Assembly (NCBI GenBank): GCA_000991245.1
Contig: LBRD01000004.1
Location: 26,235-90,234, forward strand
Source: Parcubacteria group bacterium GW2011_GWC1_36_108
GTDB lineage: Bacteria > Patescibacteriota > Minisyncoccia > Moranbacterales > GWC2-37-73
DNA length: 64,000 nt
Reading direction: 5' to 3'
A model generated the notes under the pieces. That model searched no databases and was not told where the DNA came from. It worked only from the letters and a program-made list of their open reading frames with translations. This document shows, in pieces, positions 19,980 to 29,579 of this stretch (position 1 is its first letter; every line of letters starts with the position of its first letter). A program made the translations under genes and the position numbers.

Positions 19980-21431
19980 CTACTTTTCCAGGTCTAAAAT
20001 TTCATCAATTCTAATCTGCTCAACAAATTCTGGCACATGGGAAACAAGTACCATTGCACCTTCATACTTACTGAGCGCCTCGGCAATAATTGGCAAATGA
20101 CGGAAGTTTATATGATTAGTTGGTTCATCCAAGATCAGCAATCCTGGTTCTTGCAGTACCAAACGTGCAAAAGCCACTAAACCTTTCTGTCCTTCTGAAA
20201 GTGTGCCGACTTTTGAATTCATTATTTTTTTGTCTAGCAAAAATCCAGATGCCACACTTCTAAGTTTGTGTTCATCTGATCCTCCCATCACTCCAGCCAA
20301 AGATTCATAGACCGTGTCATCAAAATTTAATGTTGAAAAATCTTGCCGATAATATCCCACTCGTACACCTTCGGAAATTTTTGCACCAGCAGCTTTTCCA
20401 GCAGCCAATGATTCCAAAAGCGTGCTTTTACCAATACCATTAGGACCAGCTAGCAACAGATGTTGATTTTTTTTGAGTGACACATTGGCATCTTTTGGAT
20501 ATGGATGATGATTTATAATCACAGTAAGTGAAGAAATTTTCAAAAGATCGCCAGAAAGTTCTGGTTGCGAAGGAATTGTAAAAGCTCTGATTGCTTGATC
20601 TTCTTTTCGCACATCAACTTTTGCCTCTTCCATTTCTTCAGCCTTCTCGCGCATCCTGCGAGCCACGAGTCTCATTTTTCCTCCCTTGTTTGCAAAGAAG
20701 TTTGCTTTTTCCTTGTTGGCAATAATCTCTTTTTCATACTGAGCATTTTTCATTTCTTCTTTTTCAATTCGCGCTGCAATTTCAGCCACCACCACATAAT
20801 AATCTCCAAGATATTGATCTACTTTTTTTGTGAACACATCGAGATATAAAACTCCATCAGTAAAAGAATTCAAAAAGTCCGCATCATGAGAAATTACGAT
20901 GCAAGTTTTTTGATATCCAATCAAAAAAGATGTCAGATGTGCAATTCCAGCTTTGTCTAAATTGTTTGTCGGCTCATCTAAAATTAAAAGGTCTGGATTT
21001 TGAATTAAAGCTGAAGCCAAAAGCAAACGCGCCTGTTGTCCTCCAGAAAAGGCTCGGATAATCTTATCATGCGGAGCTTTTAGATTAACTACTTCCAAAA
21101 CTGCATCAATTTTTGGATCAATATTATATATTTTTTCATCAAAACATTTTTCAAAAAATTCTTTGACTGTCAGATCAAGATCTTCGCGAGGAATAACTTG
21201 CTTAGCATAAGCAATCTTAAGACGATCATCTACAAAAATAGAACCGTCATCCTCTTTCAGTTCGCCTGTTATAAGTTTAAAAATAGTGCTTTTGCCAGCG
21301 CCATTTTGTCCCATTAGGGTCATTTTTGTTCCTCTTCGCAGCGAAAAAGAAGCCTCTTCCAAAATTGGTTTGTCGTGTGAATATTCAAAAGAAACTTTAT
21401 TAAATCTAACTGCAACATCATTGTTTGCCAT
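19980..21431 (-). CDS. ABC-F family ATPase (two ABC domains, no TM)
   Basis: Two Walker A motifs (GQNGAGKST, GPNGIGKST), two LSGGQ-type signatures and an inter-domain linker. This is the soluble EttA/Uup-like architecture. Confidence 0.8.
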   Translation of the reverse strand: MANNDVAVRFNKVSFEYSHDKPILEEASFSLRRGTKMTLMGQNGAGKSTIFKLITGELKEDDGSIFVDDRLKIAYAKQVIPREDLDLTVKEFFEKCFDEKIYNIDPKIDAVLEVVNLKAPHDKIIRAFSGGQQARLLLASALIQNPDLLILDEPTNNLDKAGIAHLTSFLIGYQKTCIVISHDADFLNSFTDGVLYLDVFTKKVDQYLGDYYVVVAEIAARIEKEEMKNAQYEKEIIANKEKANFFANKGGKMRLVARRMREKAEEMEEAKVDVRKEDQAIRAFTIPSQPELSGDLLKISSLTVIINHHPYPKDANVSLKKNQHLLLAGPNGIGKSTLLESLAAGKAAGAKISEGVRVGYYRQDFSTLNFDDTVYESLAGVMGGSDEHKLRSVASGFLLDKKIMNSKVGTLSEGQKGLVAFARLVLQEPGLLILDEPTNHINFRHLPIIAEALSKYEGAMVLVSHVPEFVEQIRIDEILDLEK

Positions 21432-21442
21432 ATTTTTGATTC

Positions 21443-21480
21443 TAGTTTCTAGGTTCTAGGTTTTAGGTTTTAGTTTTTTT
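21443..21480. repeat. TAGGTTYTAGG direct repeats upstream of the ABC-F start
   Basis: tctagtttctaggttctaggttttaggttttag is related to the 63724-63775 array and to the 45-bp minisatellite at 59216-59400. Confidence 0.55.
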
Positions 21481-21613
21481 AAAAAATGCTTAAATACACT
21501 GAGCTCATATTCTAGCGCATATTTTTAAAAAAGCCAAGTCCTTGTGCCTTTACTTTTTATAAAATCATATTATACTAAGCAAAGTTCATTATCCCAGCAA
21601 AAAGGAGCTACAA

Positions 21614-22264
21614 ATGGCCCAGACCAAAAAAGTACCCAAGAAAAGTATTAGCGCAATAATTTTCGCACTTAAGGGTAAGCTTTTGACGGCAATTTGGACA
21701 ATATTAACTATAAGGAATCTAATGATTATCATTTGCATTCTCACGGTTACTATCGGCGTTCATTTTTTCAATAAACAACTGTTAACAGAAAAAATTAAAA
21801 GAGTAAATGACCACGTCCAAAAGAAAAAAATTGCTGAAGCCAAAAAAACAATGCACCGCGTTCTTAAAAGTTCCTTGCGCGGAAACACTGACACAAGTCT
21901 TTGGTTAAAAACCAAAATGCAATTTAGCATCAACAAAGAACTTGCCGTTCCAGATGCAGAGGACTCTGAAAATTTTTATTTCGGAGCGGAAAGATTTCTA
22001 GAGTATTACGAATATAGCATTTATGACGTTTACGGAAGTGAACTCTTGCTGCGACCACCGCCAAAATCAAACAAACCCGACTCCAAGGAGTCGGGTTTAA
22101 TTTTTTATCTCAAAAAAACGTTATTCAATAATAACAAATTTTTCTTTTGGCGCGCCGCATACTGGACAAACTTCAGGAGCTTCGCCCAATTCCAATTGAC
22201 CGCAAACTTGGCAGACAAAATATTTTTGCTCAGCAAGGTCTTGTCCAGCTTCAATTTCACTTAG
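21614..22264 (+). CDS. hypothetical membrane protein
   Basis: Strong SD (aaaggag, 8 nt upstream of ATG) and one TM helix. The 3' ~140 nt overlaps convergent rubrerythrin and reads through the 22074-22107 terminator hairpin, so the true 3' end is uncertain. Confidence 0.4.
   Translation: MAQTKKVPKKSISAIIFALKGKLLTAIWTILTIRNLMIIICILTVTIGVHFFNKQLLTEKIKRVNDHVQKKKIAEAKKTMHRVLKSSLRGNTDTSLWLKTKMQFSINKELAVPDAEDSENFYFGAERFLEYYEYSIYDVYGSELLLRPPPKSNKPDSKESGLIFYLKKTLFNNNKFFFWRAAYWTNFRSFAQFQLTANLADKIFLLSKVLSSFNFT
22074..22107. terminator. hairpin terminator (rubrerythrin 3' end)
   Basis: aaacccgactccaaggagtcgggtttaatttttt. Confidence 0.55.
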
Positions 22265-22624
22265 AGCTGAAACGAATTCCTTTTGATGCTTTTTTTCAAC
22301 TTCATTAGCCCAAGTAAATCCTTTCTCAGAAATTTTTTCTCCATCATTTTGAGCGTCGCTAATGAATTCGGGATACATTGTTTCAATTTCATATGTTTCG
22401 CCAGCAATTGCGCTTTTCACATTTTCAACCGAGTTTTTGATTTCGCCCAGATTGTCCAAATGTTTCAAGGCATGAATTGTTTCGCCTTCAGCTACGGCGC
22501 GAAAAAGTTTAGCCAGATTATTTTTTCCTTCTTTTTCTGCAGCTTTAGCAAAAGCCAGATATTTTCGATTAGCTTGCGATTCTCCTGCAAAAGCAGCTTT
22601 CAAGTCTTCTTGTGTTTTAGACAT
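22121..22624 (-). CDS. rbr: rubrerythrin
   Basis: 167 aa with diiron ExxH motifs in a ferritin-like N-domain. The C-terminal rubredoxin-like CQVCG...CPVCG motif is present. Confidence 0.85.
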   Translation of the reverse strand: MSKTQEDLKAAFAGESQANRKYLAFAKAAEKEGKNNLAKLFRAVAEGETIHALKHLDNLGEIKNSVENVKSAIAGETYEIETMYPEFISDAQNDGEKISEKGFTWANEVEKKHQKEFVSALSEIEAGQDLAEQKYFVCQVCGQLELGEAPEVCPVCGAPKEKFVIIE

Positions 22625-22679
22625 ATGTTTTTTAAATTAATTAATTATTTTTTAATTATATCTTAAATGACAACTTTCT

Positions 22680-23891
22680 CTAAGTCCCAGTTTTATTTGA
22701 AGAAATTTCAGAAATAGTGCTGTTTATGCTTTTTCCTGCCAAAATATTATTAATTGCATCTTCATCTTTGCAAGAATACGAATTGTCAGGAGAATAAAAT
22801 TTCTTTTTAGGACCGCGACAACCGCCATTATCTTTATAAAGTACTCCGAAATATGGCATCATAAAACCCATTTTTTGTGCAGAGAATTTTTTGTATAAAG
22901 AATCCAACGTCTGCGCTCTTTTTTCTTGATCCATTCGAGCAAAAATATCCAAATCATCGCTAGGAATTCCAGTCCAATCAAGATGAAGCAAAACGTTTTT
23001 TGCTTTAGTTGAAAAATTCTTGTGCCACAAAAGCGCCCAACAATTCCCCCTGCCAGAATAACAAGGGCCATCTTCAACACTGCCATCTTCAGCAAGCCCA
23101 ACACCTCCTTCAATATAATCGAAGAGTTTCAAATAGTTTTCATCTGAAATAGAACCGGTTTGCGCGCCAATAACAATGTCGACATCTTTTTCCTTTGCAT
23201 ATGCTCTCATCTTGGAAACAATCTTGGGAGCATAATCTTTTTTTGCATCTTCCTGCATATAGATTTGGCCGAATGTAAAACTTTGCACCCCAGCATCAAT
23301 AGCTTTTTGCGTTATATATTGAATATAATCTCGATATTCTTGACTGGCAAAATTTGGCTTGCAAGTTCCCTCTCCCCAAACATTTTCGCTTCCCTCTCGA
23401 CACATATCCCGAAAAGAAAACTCTTCATTTTTAAGTTCGTTGAAATAATGCGCTCTGAAATTTATTGCCTCAGCAATAAACATCCCATATACTAAATCTT
23501 TTTTTTCAATTTGATTCATCACATATCCTACTGTTTCGAAATCAGGAGGTTTTAACCATGTTTCAATTGCGCGATGCAGATAATAACAATTTGATCTATT
23601 GATAAGGGCAACAAAATTTTCATTTTCCGGATTATATTCAGACAAAAGACCATCAGCCACACAACCTTGAGCCTTAAGTTTTTCCATCGATACGGGCTGC
23701 GGTTTTGGACGTTTGGCAATATTAACAGGCAGGGTTTTATGTTGTTTCTTGGTGGCAACCACTATCTCAGGTTCTTCAAATTTAATATTTTTTGTGTATA
23801 AAACAAAATTTGCACCAGCGAAAAAAGCCACTGTTGCAATAATAGCAACCGCATAAGAAGTTTTTATCTCCTGTTTTAAGTTTATTTTCAT
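22680..23891 (-). CDS. hypothetical membrane-anchored protein
   Basis: 403 aa with an N-terminal TM segment, a Cys-rich extracytoplasmic domain and no recognisable family. It is adjacent to the CphA-like ATP-grasp gene. Confidence 0.5.
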   Translation of the reverse strand: MKINLKQEIKTSYAVAIIATVAFFAGANFVLYTKNIKFEEPEIVVATKKQHKTLPVNIAKRPKPQPVSMEKLKAQGCVADGLLSEYNPENENFVALINRSNCYYLHRAIETWLKPPDFETVGYVMNQIEKKDLVYGMFIAEAINFRAHYFNELKNEEFSFRDMCREGSENVWGEGTCKPNFASQEYRDYIQYITQKAIDAGVQSFTFGQIYMQEDAKKDYAPKIVSKMRAYAKEKDVDIVIGAQTGSISDENYLKLFDYIEGGVGLAEDGSVEDGPCYSGRGNCWALLWHKNFSTKAKNVLLHLDWTGIPSDDLDIFARMDQEKRAQTLDSLYKKFSAQKMGFMMPYFGVLYKDNGGCRGPKKKFYSPDNSYSCKDEDAINNILAGKSINSTISEISSNKTGT

Positions 23892-23957
23892 TTTTTTGCA
23901 TTTACTTTTAGCAATGCAAATATTAATACGCTTAATACAAGAATGTATTGCAAAATA

Positions 23958-24905
23958 TTAAGCAACTTTAACCATAAATCTCACAATGTCCTCCACCACG
24001 TTTCTTGTCCTGCCGTGCGTTGGGTTGTAATGAATGTATAAGTCTGGTTTTCCGTTTATTTCAATAATATGAAAAGATTGCTCAACTGGTTTCTTTGAAA
24101 TGTCATCGCACATCACATCAATGCCGACAAGATATTTTCCTACCACCTTGGATGCCGCCACGCAAATTTTTTCAATATCAGGATGCACACTGTCGGTCAC
24201 ATCTCTCGTTTCTCCACCTTCCGCCAAACAAGAACTTTTTTTAATATACGCTATTTCATTTTTTGTCATCACACTTTCCAAAGTAAAATTTTGTTCCTTT
24301 AAAATCTGAATCAATTTTTCATCAAACTCTGTTCTTTTTTCAGTTAAGTCTTGTTTTTCTTCAATAATTTTACGCAAAGTGGAAACTCCGTCGCCAACGG
24401 CATATGGAGGAATCATCTCAAGCGCTCCGATGACTTTTTCATCCAACACAAGCAGCCTATATTCTTTTCCGAAAACCATTTCTTGTGCAATCATACTTCG
24501 ATAATGCGGCAATTCTTCTTCCAGCAAAATCATTGCATCGCGCAAATTTCCAATAAGAGGAAAGATCCCCCTACTATTGGAACCTTGAGCATCTTTCAAG
24601 ATAATTGGATATTTCAAGTTATTCAATTGCTTTTCAGCTTCTTGTTTAATAAAACTTTTTTTGTAAAAACATTCACTCTGAGGAGATGGCAGATTGTGAG
24701 CAAGCAAAAGTTTATGTGTAATATCCTTACATCTCGTCAATTGTCCACTAACAAAGGATTGGCGTGTAATAGAAATTTTACGCTCGAGTAAAATACGTTT
24801 ACCCAAAACGTTAATATAAAAACAGCCCCTTTCAGGGACAAATTCTTCAATAGTACCGCCCATATTCAAAATAGCATTTTTGATGATCAGTGGATTTTTT
24901 TTCAT
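23958..24905 (-). CDS. stand-alone ATP-grasp domain protein (cyanophycin-synthetase N-terminal-like)
   Basis: 315 aa. YRLLVLDEKVIGAL...PYAVGDGVSTLRKIIEEK resembles the CphA/RimK-type ATP-grasp core. The C-terminal IIEINGKPDL is the Mg/ATP loop. Confidence 0.65.
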   Translation of the reverse strand: MKKNPLIIKNAILNMGGTIEEFVPERGCFYINVLGKRILLERKISITRQSFVSGQLTRCKDITHKLLLAHNLPSPQSECFYKKSFIKQEAEKQLNNLKYPIILKDAQGSNSRGIFPLIGNLRDAMILLEEELPHYRSMIAQEMVFGKEYRLLVLDEKVIGALEMIPPYAVGDGVSTLRKIIEEKQDLTEKRTEFDEKLIQILKEQNFTLESVMTKNEIAYIKKSSCLAEGGETRDVTDSVHPDIEKICVAASKVVGKYLVGIDVMCDDISKKPVEQSFHIIEINGKPDLYIHYNPTHGRTRNVVEDIVRFMVKVA

Positions 24906-24968
24906 TTGCTTGTTATTTTAAAAATTTTCTATTCCAAAGATATTAATAATACAATATTTTTCAAAAAA

Positions 24969-25080
24969 TGTCAACCTCGTTAGAAATTTCCCATTTATTG
25001 CCAAATATAAATACACTATTTATCTATAAAATATTGCTAACAATTAGAAACTGCTTTTGAAATTTCTAACGGGGTCAACT
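24969..25080. promoter_or_regulatory. inverted-repeat-flanked promoter cassette, copy a
   Basis: 21-bp arms tgtcaacctcgttagaaatttc and gaaatttctaacggggtcaac are ~70 bp apart. On the minus strand the left arm supplies TTGACA, then 17 nt, then TATTAT, pointing at the ATP-grasp start. The same arms recur at 63873-63981 with a different interior. Confidence 0.55.
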
Positions 25081-25126
25081 TTAAACTGATAAAAAAGAGC
25101 TCCGAAGAGCTCTTTTAAAATCTTTT

Positions 25127-27316
25127 TCATTCTCCTGCCCTGTCCTTAAGGATAAGGTACTGTTTGTATATTCGGTATTTCCTGTAAAGATTGAAGTCTG
25201 CTTGAGTTTTTTTGTCTAGCTTAGCAATGGCCCTACTTCCTGCTACTCTATATGTTGCGTAAAGCTTTTTCAATCTTTCAAATTCGCCGGCATCTATTTT
25301 TTTAATTTTTTTGATTTGAGCGTAAGGCTTCCTTGCTACTGCCAAATTATGGGTTCTTTTGTATTTTTTATATATTCTCCAGTTTTTTCCGTGACTTTCT
25401 TTAGCAGTTATTACGGCTGCATCAGAAGGAACACTTTCTCCCGCAGAAAATTTTGTTGCGTGGGTGGTTTGAAAAGAACACACTCCACTGCTAACAGTAC
25501 AGGTTGTTTCTAGATTCCAAGAAGAATCACCATCAAATTGATAATATACATTAAGGGTTAGTCCGTTGTATTGCGCTCCAACTGGAATGGTTACGGTTAC
25601 AGGAGTTGAGAAAGTAAGGCGAATGTTTGGTACTCCTATTTTTACCGCACCAAAAGCATCATTGGTAAGCTCACTGTTTAAACTTAGGGTGATGTCCTGC
25701 GTTGTTAGTTGAGTCAGATCTAAATTTCCTCCACCCGTTTTAGTTATTATTGTGCCAGCTGGAAAAAATACTAAGGCAGCTCCGGATTGTAGAGTGTAAT
25801 CAACGTTAAAAGTTGCATTTGCTGTGTTTGTTGGATCAATGCCAGCAATAGAGATATGTCCGTTTAGGGCAGCTGCTGCCATTTTTTCTATGTTTGGGTC
25901 GATAATTGTCGCAGATTTATCAAACACATACGATTGTGTCATTATTGTTCCCTTGTTTTCAGTCGTATCATAAGAAACAGCTTTCAAAACTTTTGTTTGT
26001 CCATCATCACCATCAATAACTATTGGTCCAGTTACTTGATCGCTTGTATTGTCTGGTTCTGTTCCATCAATTGTGTAATATATTGTTGGAATAACATCAT
26101 CGCCAACTGGTGGAATTAAGGTAATAGTTTGAGCAGAAAAATATGTTCCACTTTCAACGTTTGCTATTGGTGCATCTGGACCGATTGTGTCTGGAATTGG
26201 CAGCGTCGTAAACGAAACTTCTTCACCATAACCAATTCCTGCCCCGCCACTAGCATAAGCTTGCACATAATAAATCGTATCAGGACTAAGCCCTGCCATT
26301 GGGCAGGAAAAAGCTCCTTCAACGCCCATTCCTAAATTACAAGAACCGGTATAATTTCCTGATTCCGTTCCCCAAGAAATAGTCCTGGATGGGATAAACG
26401 GATTTCCTCTAAAAGTCATATCCCCATTTGCAGTCGCTGATGTTTGAGTAATATCAGAAACCGCATTTGTAACAACTATTGGAGGAGCTGGAACTGCTTC
26501 TGTAGTGAATGAAAGGATTTCTCCATAAGATGATCCTGCACTATTATACGCGTAGGCCTGAAAATAATAAGTTGTGTCAGGCGTGAGACCCGTCATTTCA
26601 GCAGAATACACACCCGCAGGACCTGTACCAGGAGGACCATCCGTGTTCCACAGATTTGCTTCAATTGGTTCATTAACCCATTGGTGGATAAGTCTTGTAG
26701 TATTCTCTCCTCCAGAATCTAAAAGTTCAGCATTAACCATAGCTGATGTTTGTGTCACATCTGAAGCTGCAACAGTAGCAACGGTAGGCGCTAAAACGAC
26801 AAATGAATTATCAATAAACATCTCAAGTTCTGAAACACCAACTGATGAGAACTCATTGGCAATAGCCGTAATATGTAATTTATAAAAAAAATAATTTTCT
26901 GGAGTAGCAACTACAAATTCTTGAAGTTGAAAATCACTGAAAACAACATCACTTCTGGAATCAAGAACTACCCAATCAGCTCCATTAATACTACCTTGAA
27001 ATTCCCAACTCTTAGGAGCCATATTGGCAGCATTTCCATTACTCGTGATAGCATATTTAGCAACTCTTACTGGATTACTATCAGTAAATTGATATCCCAC
27101 CCATTGCGGTAGCCCAGGATCTGCAATCCAAGTAGACACAGTATGATCAAAGGCTGATACCATACTTCCAAGTCCTGTGCTTACTGTTATCACTCCAGAA
27201 GGAAGAAGATTGGTAGTCATTGCTGGAATTATGTTAGCAGAGTATTCTGCTTTAACAATCCCCGCTGAAAAAAACAGAGCAAAACCAATTAACATCAATA
27301 ACAATTTGATTTTCAT
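25127..27316 (-). CDS. large secreted surface protein (F5/8 type C-like N-domain, two FN3-like domains, chitobiase-C-like domain, basic C-terminal tail)
   Basis: Signal peptide. Motifs TPDTTYYFQAYAYNSAGSSYGE and SPDTIYYVQAYASGGAGIGYGE are FN3-like. IYYTIDGTEPDNTSD is CHB_HEX_C-like. The C-terminal YRIYKKYKR...YRKYRIYKQY tail is basic. Confidence 0.65.
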   Translation of the reverse strand: MKIKLLLMLIGFALFFSAGIVKAEYSANIIPAMTTNLLPSGVITVSTGLGSMVSAFDHTVSTWIADPGLPQWVGYQFTDSNPVRVAKYAITSNGNAANMAPKSWEFQGSINGADWVVLDSRSDVVFSDFQLQEFVVATPENYFFYKLHITAIANEFSSVGVSELEMFIDNSFVVLAPTVATVAASDVTQTSAMVNAELLDSGGENTTRLIHQWVNEPIEANLWNTDGPPGTGPAGVYSAEMTGLTPDTTYYFQAYAYNSAGSSYGEILSFTTEAVPAPPIVVTNAVSDITQTSATANGDMTFRGNPFIPSRTISWGTESGNYTGSCNLGMGVEGAFSCPMAGLSPDTIYYVQAYASGGAGIGYGEEVSFTTLPIPDTIGPDAPIANVESGTYFSAQTITLIPPVGDDVIPTIYYTIDGTEPDNTSDQVTGPIVIDGDDGQTKVLKAVSYDTTENKGTIMTQSYVFDKSATIIDPNIEKMAAAALNGHISIAGIDPTNTANATFNVDYTLQSGAALVFFPAGTIITKTGGGNLDLTQLTTQDITLSLNSELTNDAFGAVKIGVPNIRLTFSTPVTVTIPVGAQYNGLTLNVYYQFDGDSSWNLETTCTVSSGVCSFQTTHATKFSAGESVPSDAAVITAKESHGKNWRIYKKYKRTHNLAVARKPYAQIKKIKKIDAGEFERLKKLYATYRVAGSRAIAKLDKKTQADFNLYRKYRIYKQYLILKDRAGE

Positions 27317-27564
27317 TTTTTTATTTTAAAATATTTAAAAGTATTCTTATATTATACAGTCTTTATATTTTTCTGAATAATCAATAAGAATTGTTTAATA
27401 ACTTAAAAAGCTCCAAAAATAACTATGACAATGGGGCAAAAACTACAGCAGCACTTAAGAAATTATTTTAAGGCTATTGCACAGTTAACTTTCTTCTACA
27501 ATTCAACATTTGCAGAGTGGGATTGTTGTGGCATACTAAAAGCATAATAAATATTTACAAATCT

Positions 27565-28026
27565 ATGAACAATAAACCCGTAATTATCCTATTTAAAGAA
27601 AATGAAATTAACATTGCAGCACTTTATTCACTCTACGCTCAAAAGATACCCGAAAAAAGAACCTTTTGGGAAAAGCTTTCCAATGAAGAAATACGCCATG
27701 CTGCAGAGATTGGTAACGAAAAAGAACAAACTGATGCGATTATTGAAAACAAATTTTCAAGAATAATCATAAATACAGTCATCACTTTCGTTCTTGAAGA
27801 AACTACCAAGGCCCAACAAAAAAACATTAGTCACCGTGAGGCGCTAAAGACAGCCCTGCGCATTGAACAATCCATGCTTGAAAAAAAATGTTTCGAAATA
27901 TTCAAACCTACTAACAAAAAATTAAAGGATGTTTTTTGCAAAATGAATAAAGAAACTGAGCGTCATGTAGAAATGCTGCACGAAGAAATGAAGCGAGCCA
28001 ATCTAACGTTTAATGATCTTGCATAA
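27565..28026 (+). CDS. ferritin-like (rubrerythrin-family) four-helix-bundle protein
   Basis: Two ExxH motifs (EEIRHAAE, ETERHVEML) are spaced like diiron ferritin-like proteins. The start is chosen at MNNKP. The ORF could extend to 27517. Confidence 0.45.
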   Translation: MNNKPVIILFKENEINIAALYSLYAQKIPEKRTFWEKLSNEEIRHAAEIGNEKEQTDAIIENKFSRIIINTVITFVLEETTKAQQKNISHREALKTALRIEQSMLEKKCFEIFKPTNKKLKDVFCKMNKETERHVEMLHEEMKRANLTFNDLA

Positions 28027-28062
28027 TAATTTGAAACGATCCACGTCAAAACATTTTTAAAA

Positions 28063-28092
28063 AACGAAACTCACTAAAAGGTTTCGTTTTTA
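28063..28092. terminator. bidirectional terminator
   Basis: aaacgaaactcactaaaaggtttcgttttt lies between convergent genes. Confidence 0.55.
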
Positions 28093-28109
28093 ATTTAATA
28101 TTTCAAAAT

Positions 28110-28514
28110 TTACATTTCTTTAGAAGGTTGAAGAATGCTTGCTCTGTTACCCTCCGTATCTTGAAAACTAACATATAAACCAACTCCGGGTATATCATCA
28201 GGTTTGCCTAAAATCTTTCCACCCAGTTGTTCAATTTTTTTCATGGATTCGTTAATATCATCCACTGAAATTACAACTGAAGGACACTGACCCATTTCAT
28301 CCTTTGGTTTCTCATAAAAACCTCCGTTTATCATGCCGACGTCTTTAGGTCGTTTATTGGGACCTTCTTCTGATGTCATAACCACAACATAATTTCCCAT
28401 ATCTTCGCCTAGCATATTATATTCCCAACCAAAAGATTTGGCGTAGAAATCTGCCATGCGATTTTTATCAACATAGGGCATTTCAAAATGCACCACCGGA
28501 TTTATTTTTTTCAT
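28110..28514 (-). CDS. VOC/glyoxalase-family protein (PhnB-like)
   Basis: 134 aa. Size and secondary-structure pattern are typical of a betaalphabetabetabeta glyoxalase module. Confidence 0.6.
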   Translation of the reverse strand: MKKINPVVHFEMPYVDKNRMADFYAKSFGWEYNMLGEDMGNYVVVMTSEEGPNKRPKDVGMINGGFYEKPKDEMGQCPSVVISVDDINESMKKIEQLGGKILGKPDDIPGVGLYVSFQDTEGNRASILQPSKEM

Positions 28515-28594
28515 ATAATTTTGTATTAATGATTATTTTATTTAATACCAAAAAACCACGAGGATATTTCGTGTTTTTTTATCTAAACTATTTT

Positions 28595-28972
28595 TTAAAG
28601 ATTAACAATCGTTTTAAATCCGCCATAAGCCATGCGCTTCATATCGAAAGGCATAGGCATGTTTGCATATTTCGGATCATTCATCGCAGGATCTTTCATT
28701 ACCAACGCGTTAACCTTGTCGCGATGAGCCTTAGATTTAAAAACTGCAAAAGAAAACACAACAGTTTCCCCCTTTTTTATTTTAACCATTTGAGGAAATT
28801 TTAAAATTTTCATGCCCATCATATTGGGATTAAGATCATCTCCAACACATTCCATATAATCAAGCGCGCCATATTTTTTCATCAACTTAGCCATTGGCAA
28901 TGCCATTTTTTTATATTCTGACAACTTTTTTATTGAGACTGGCAAAACATACCCATCAACATATTTACTCAT
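28595..28972 (-). CDS. DUF1428-family protein
   Basis: 125 aa. MSKYVDGYVLPV...ALDYMECVGDDL matches my memory of DUF1428 N-termini. No search was run. Confidence 0.5.
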   Translation of the reverse strand: MSKYVDGYVLPVSIKKLSEYKKMALPMAKLMKKYGALDYMECVGDDLNPNMMGMKILKFPQMVKIKKGETVVFSFAVFKSKAHRDKVNALVMKDPAMNDPKYANMPMPFDMKRMAYGGFKTIVNL

Positions 28973-29121
28973 ATATTTATGTTAAATTAAAAATAAAAGG
29001 TCTTTATTTGTTGTTTTTATAATACAAAAAACCACTAAAGAAATTTCGCAACTACATCTTTTATTTTCTTACACACCCTTAAAATTACACTTTGTATAAT
29101 AAAAAAATATTTTTTATAATC

Positions 29122-29394
29122 TTATTTATATTTAAGTAAACGAAAAACTCCCTTGGACGGCTTATAGACCTCATCTGGAAATTTTTGAACAAGCTTCCAA
29201 ACACATCCATTAATCGTTTTAGAATGAAAACTAGAGTCTGAATTCTTAATTTTCAAGAGCAATTCTGACCAACGTAAACCCTCTGAATGTTGATCAAGCA
29301 GTTCAAGTGCTGTTGTATTTATTCTTCCTGTAATCGTGAAATTATTCATACCTTCAAAGTTATTCATTATTAAATCACTTTTAAATTTATACAC
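29122..29394 (-). CDS. small winged-helix-like protein (Mrr_N-like)
   Basis: 90 aa. ALELLDQHSEGLRWSEL...GVFRL resembles the Mrr N-terminal winged helix. The assignment is weak. Confidence 0.35.
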   Translation of the reverse strand: MYKFKSDLIMNNFEGMNNFTITGRINTTALELLDQHSEGLRWSELLLKIKNSDSSFHSKTINGCVWKLVQKFPDEVYKPSKGVFRLLKYK

Positions 29395-29579
29395 CTAAAA
29401 TTCCAATATCTTACTTGAATACAAAAAATAACCCTATAAATAAAGGTTATCGTTGTGTTCCCTATGCTTAACAAGCTTAAAACTTTTGAGTGGGGTGAGT
29501 TTCAAAAATTATTCAGCTAATTTTAGCAAAATTGGATATGAAAAACCGACCAAAATGGAAGGTTTTCCACTGGTCGGCT

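Noticed and set aside
24969-25080. Invertible-promoter (inverton) interpretation of the IR-flanked cassettes
   Set aside because: No serine or tyrosine invertase gene is in the window, and the two copies have unrelated interiors. It is kept only as one of several possibilities in the finding.
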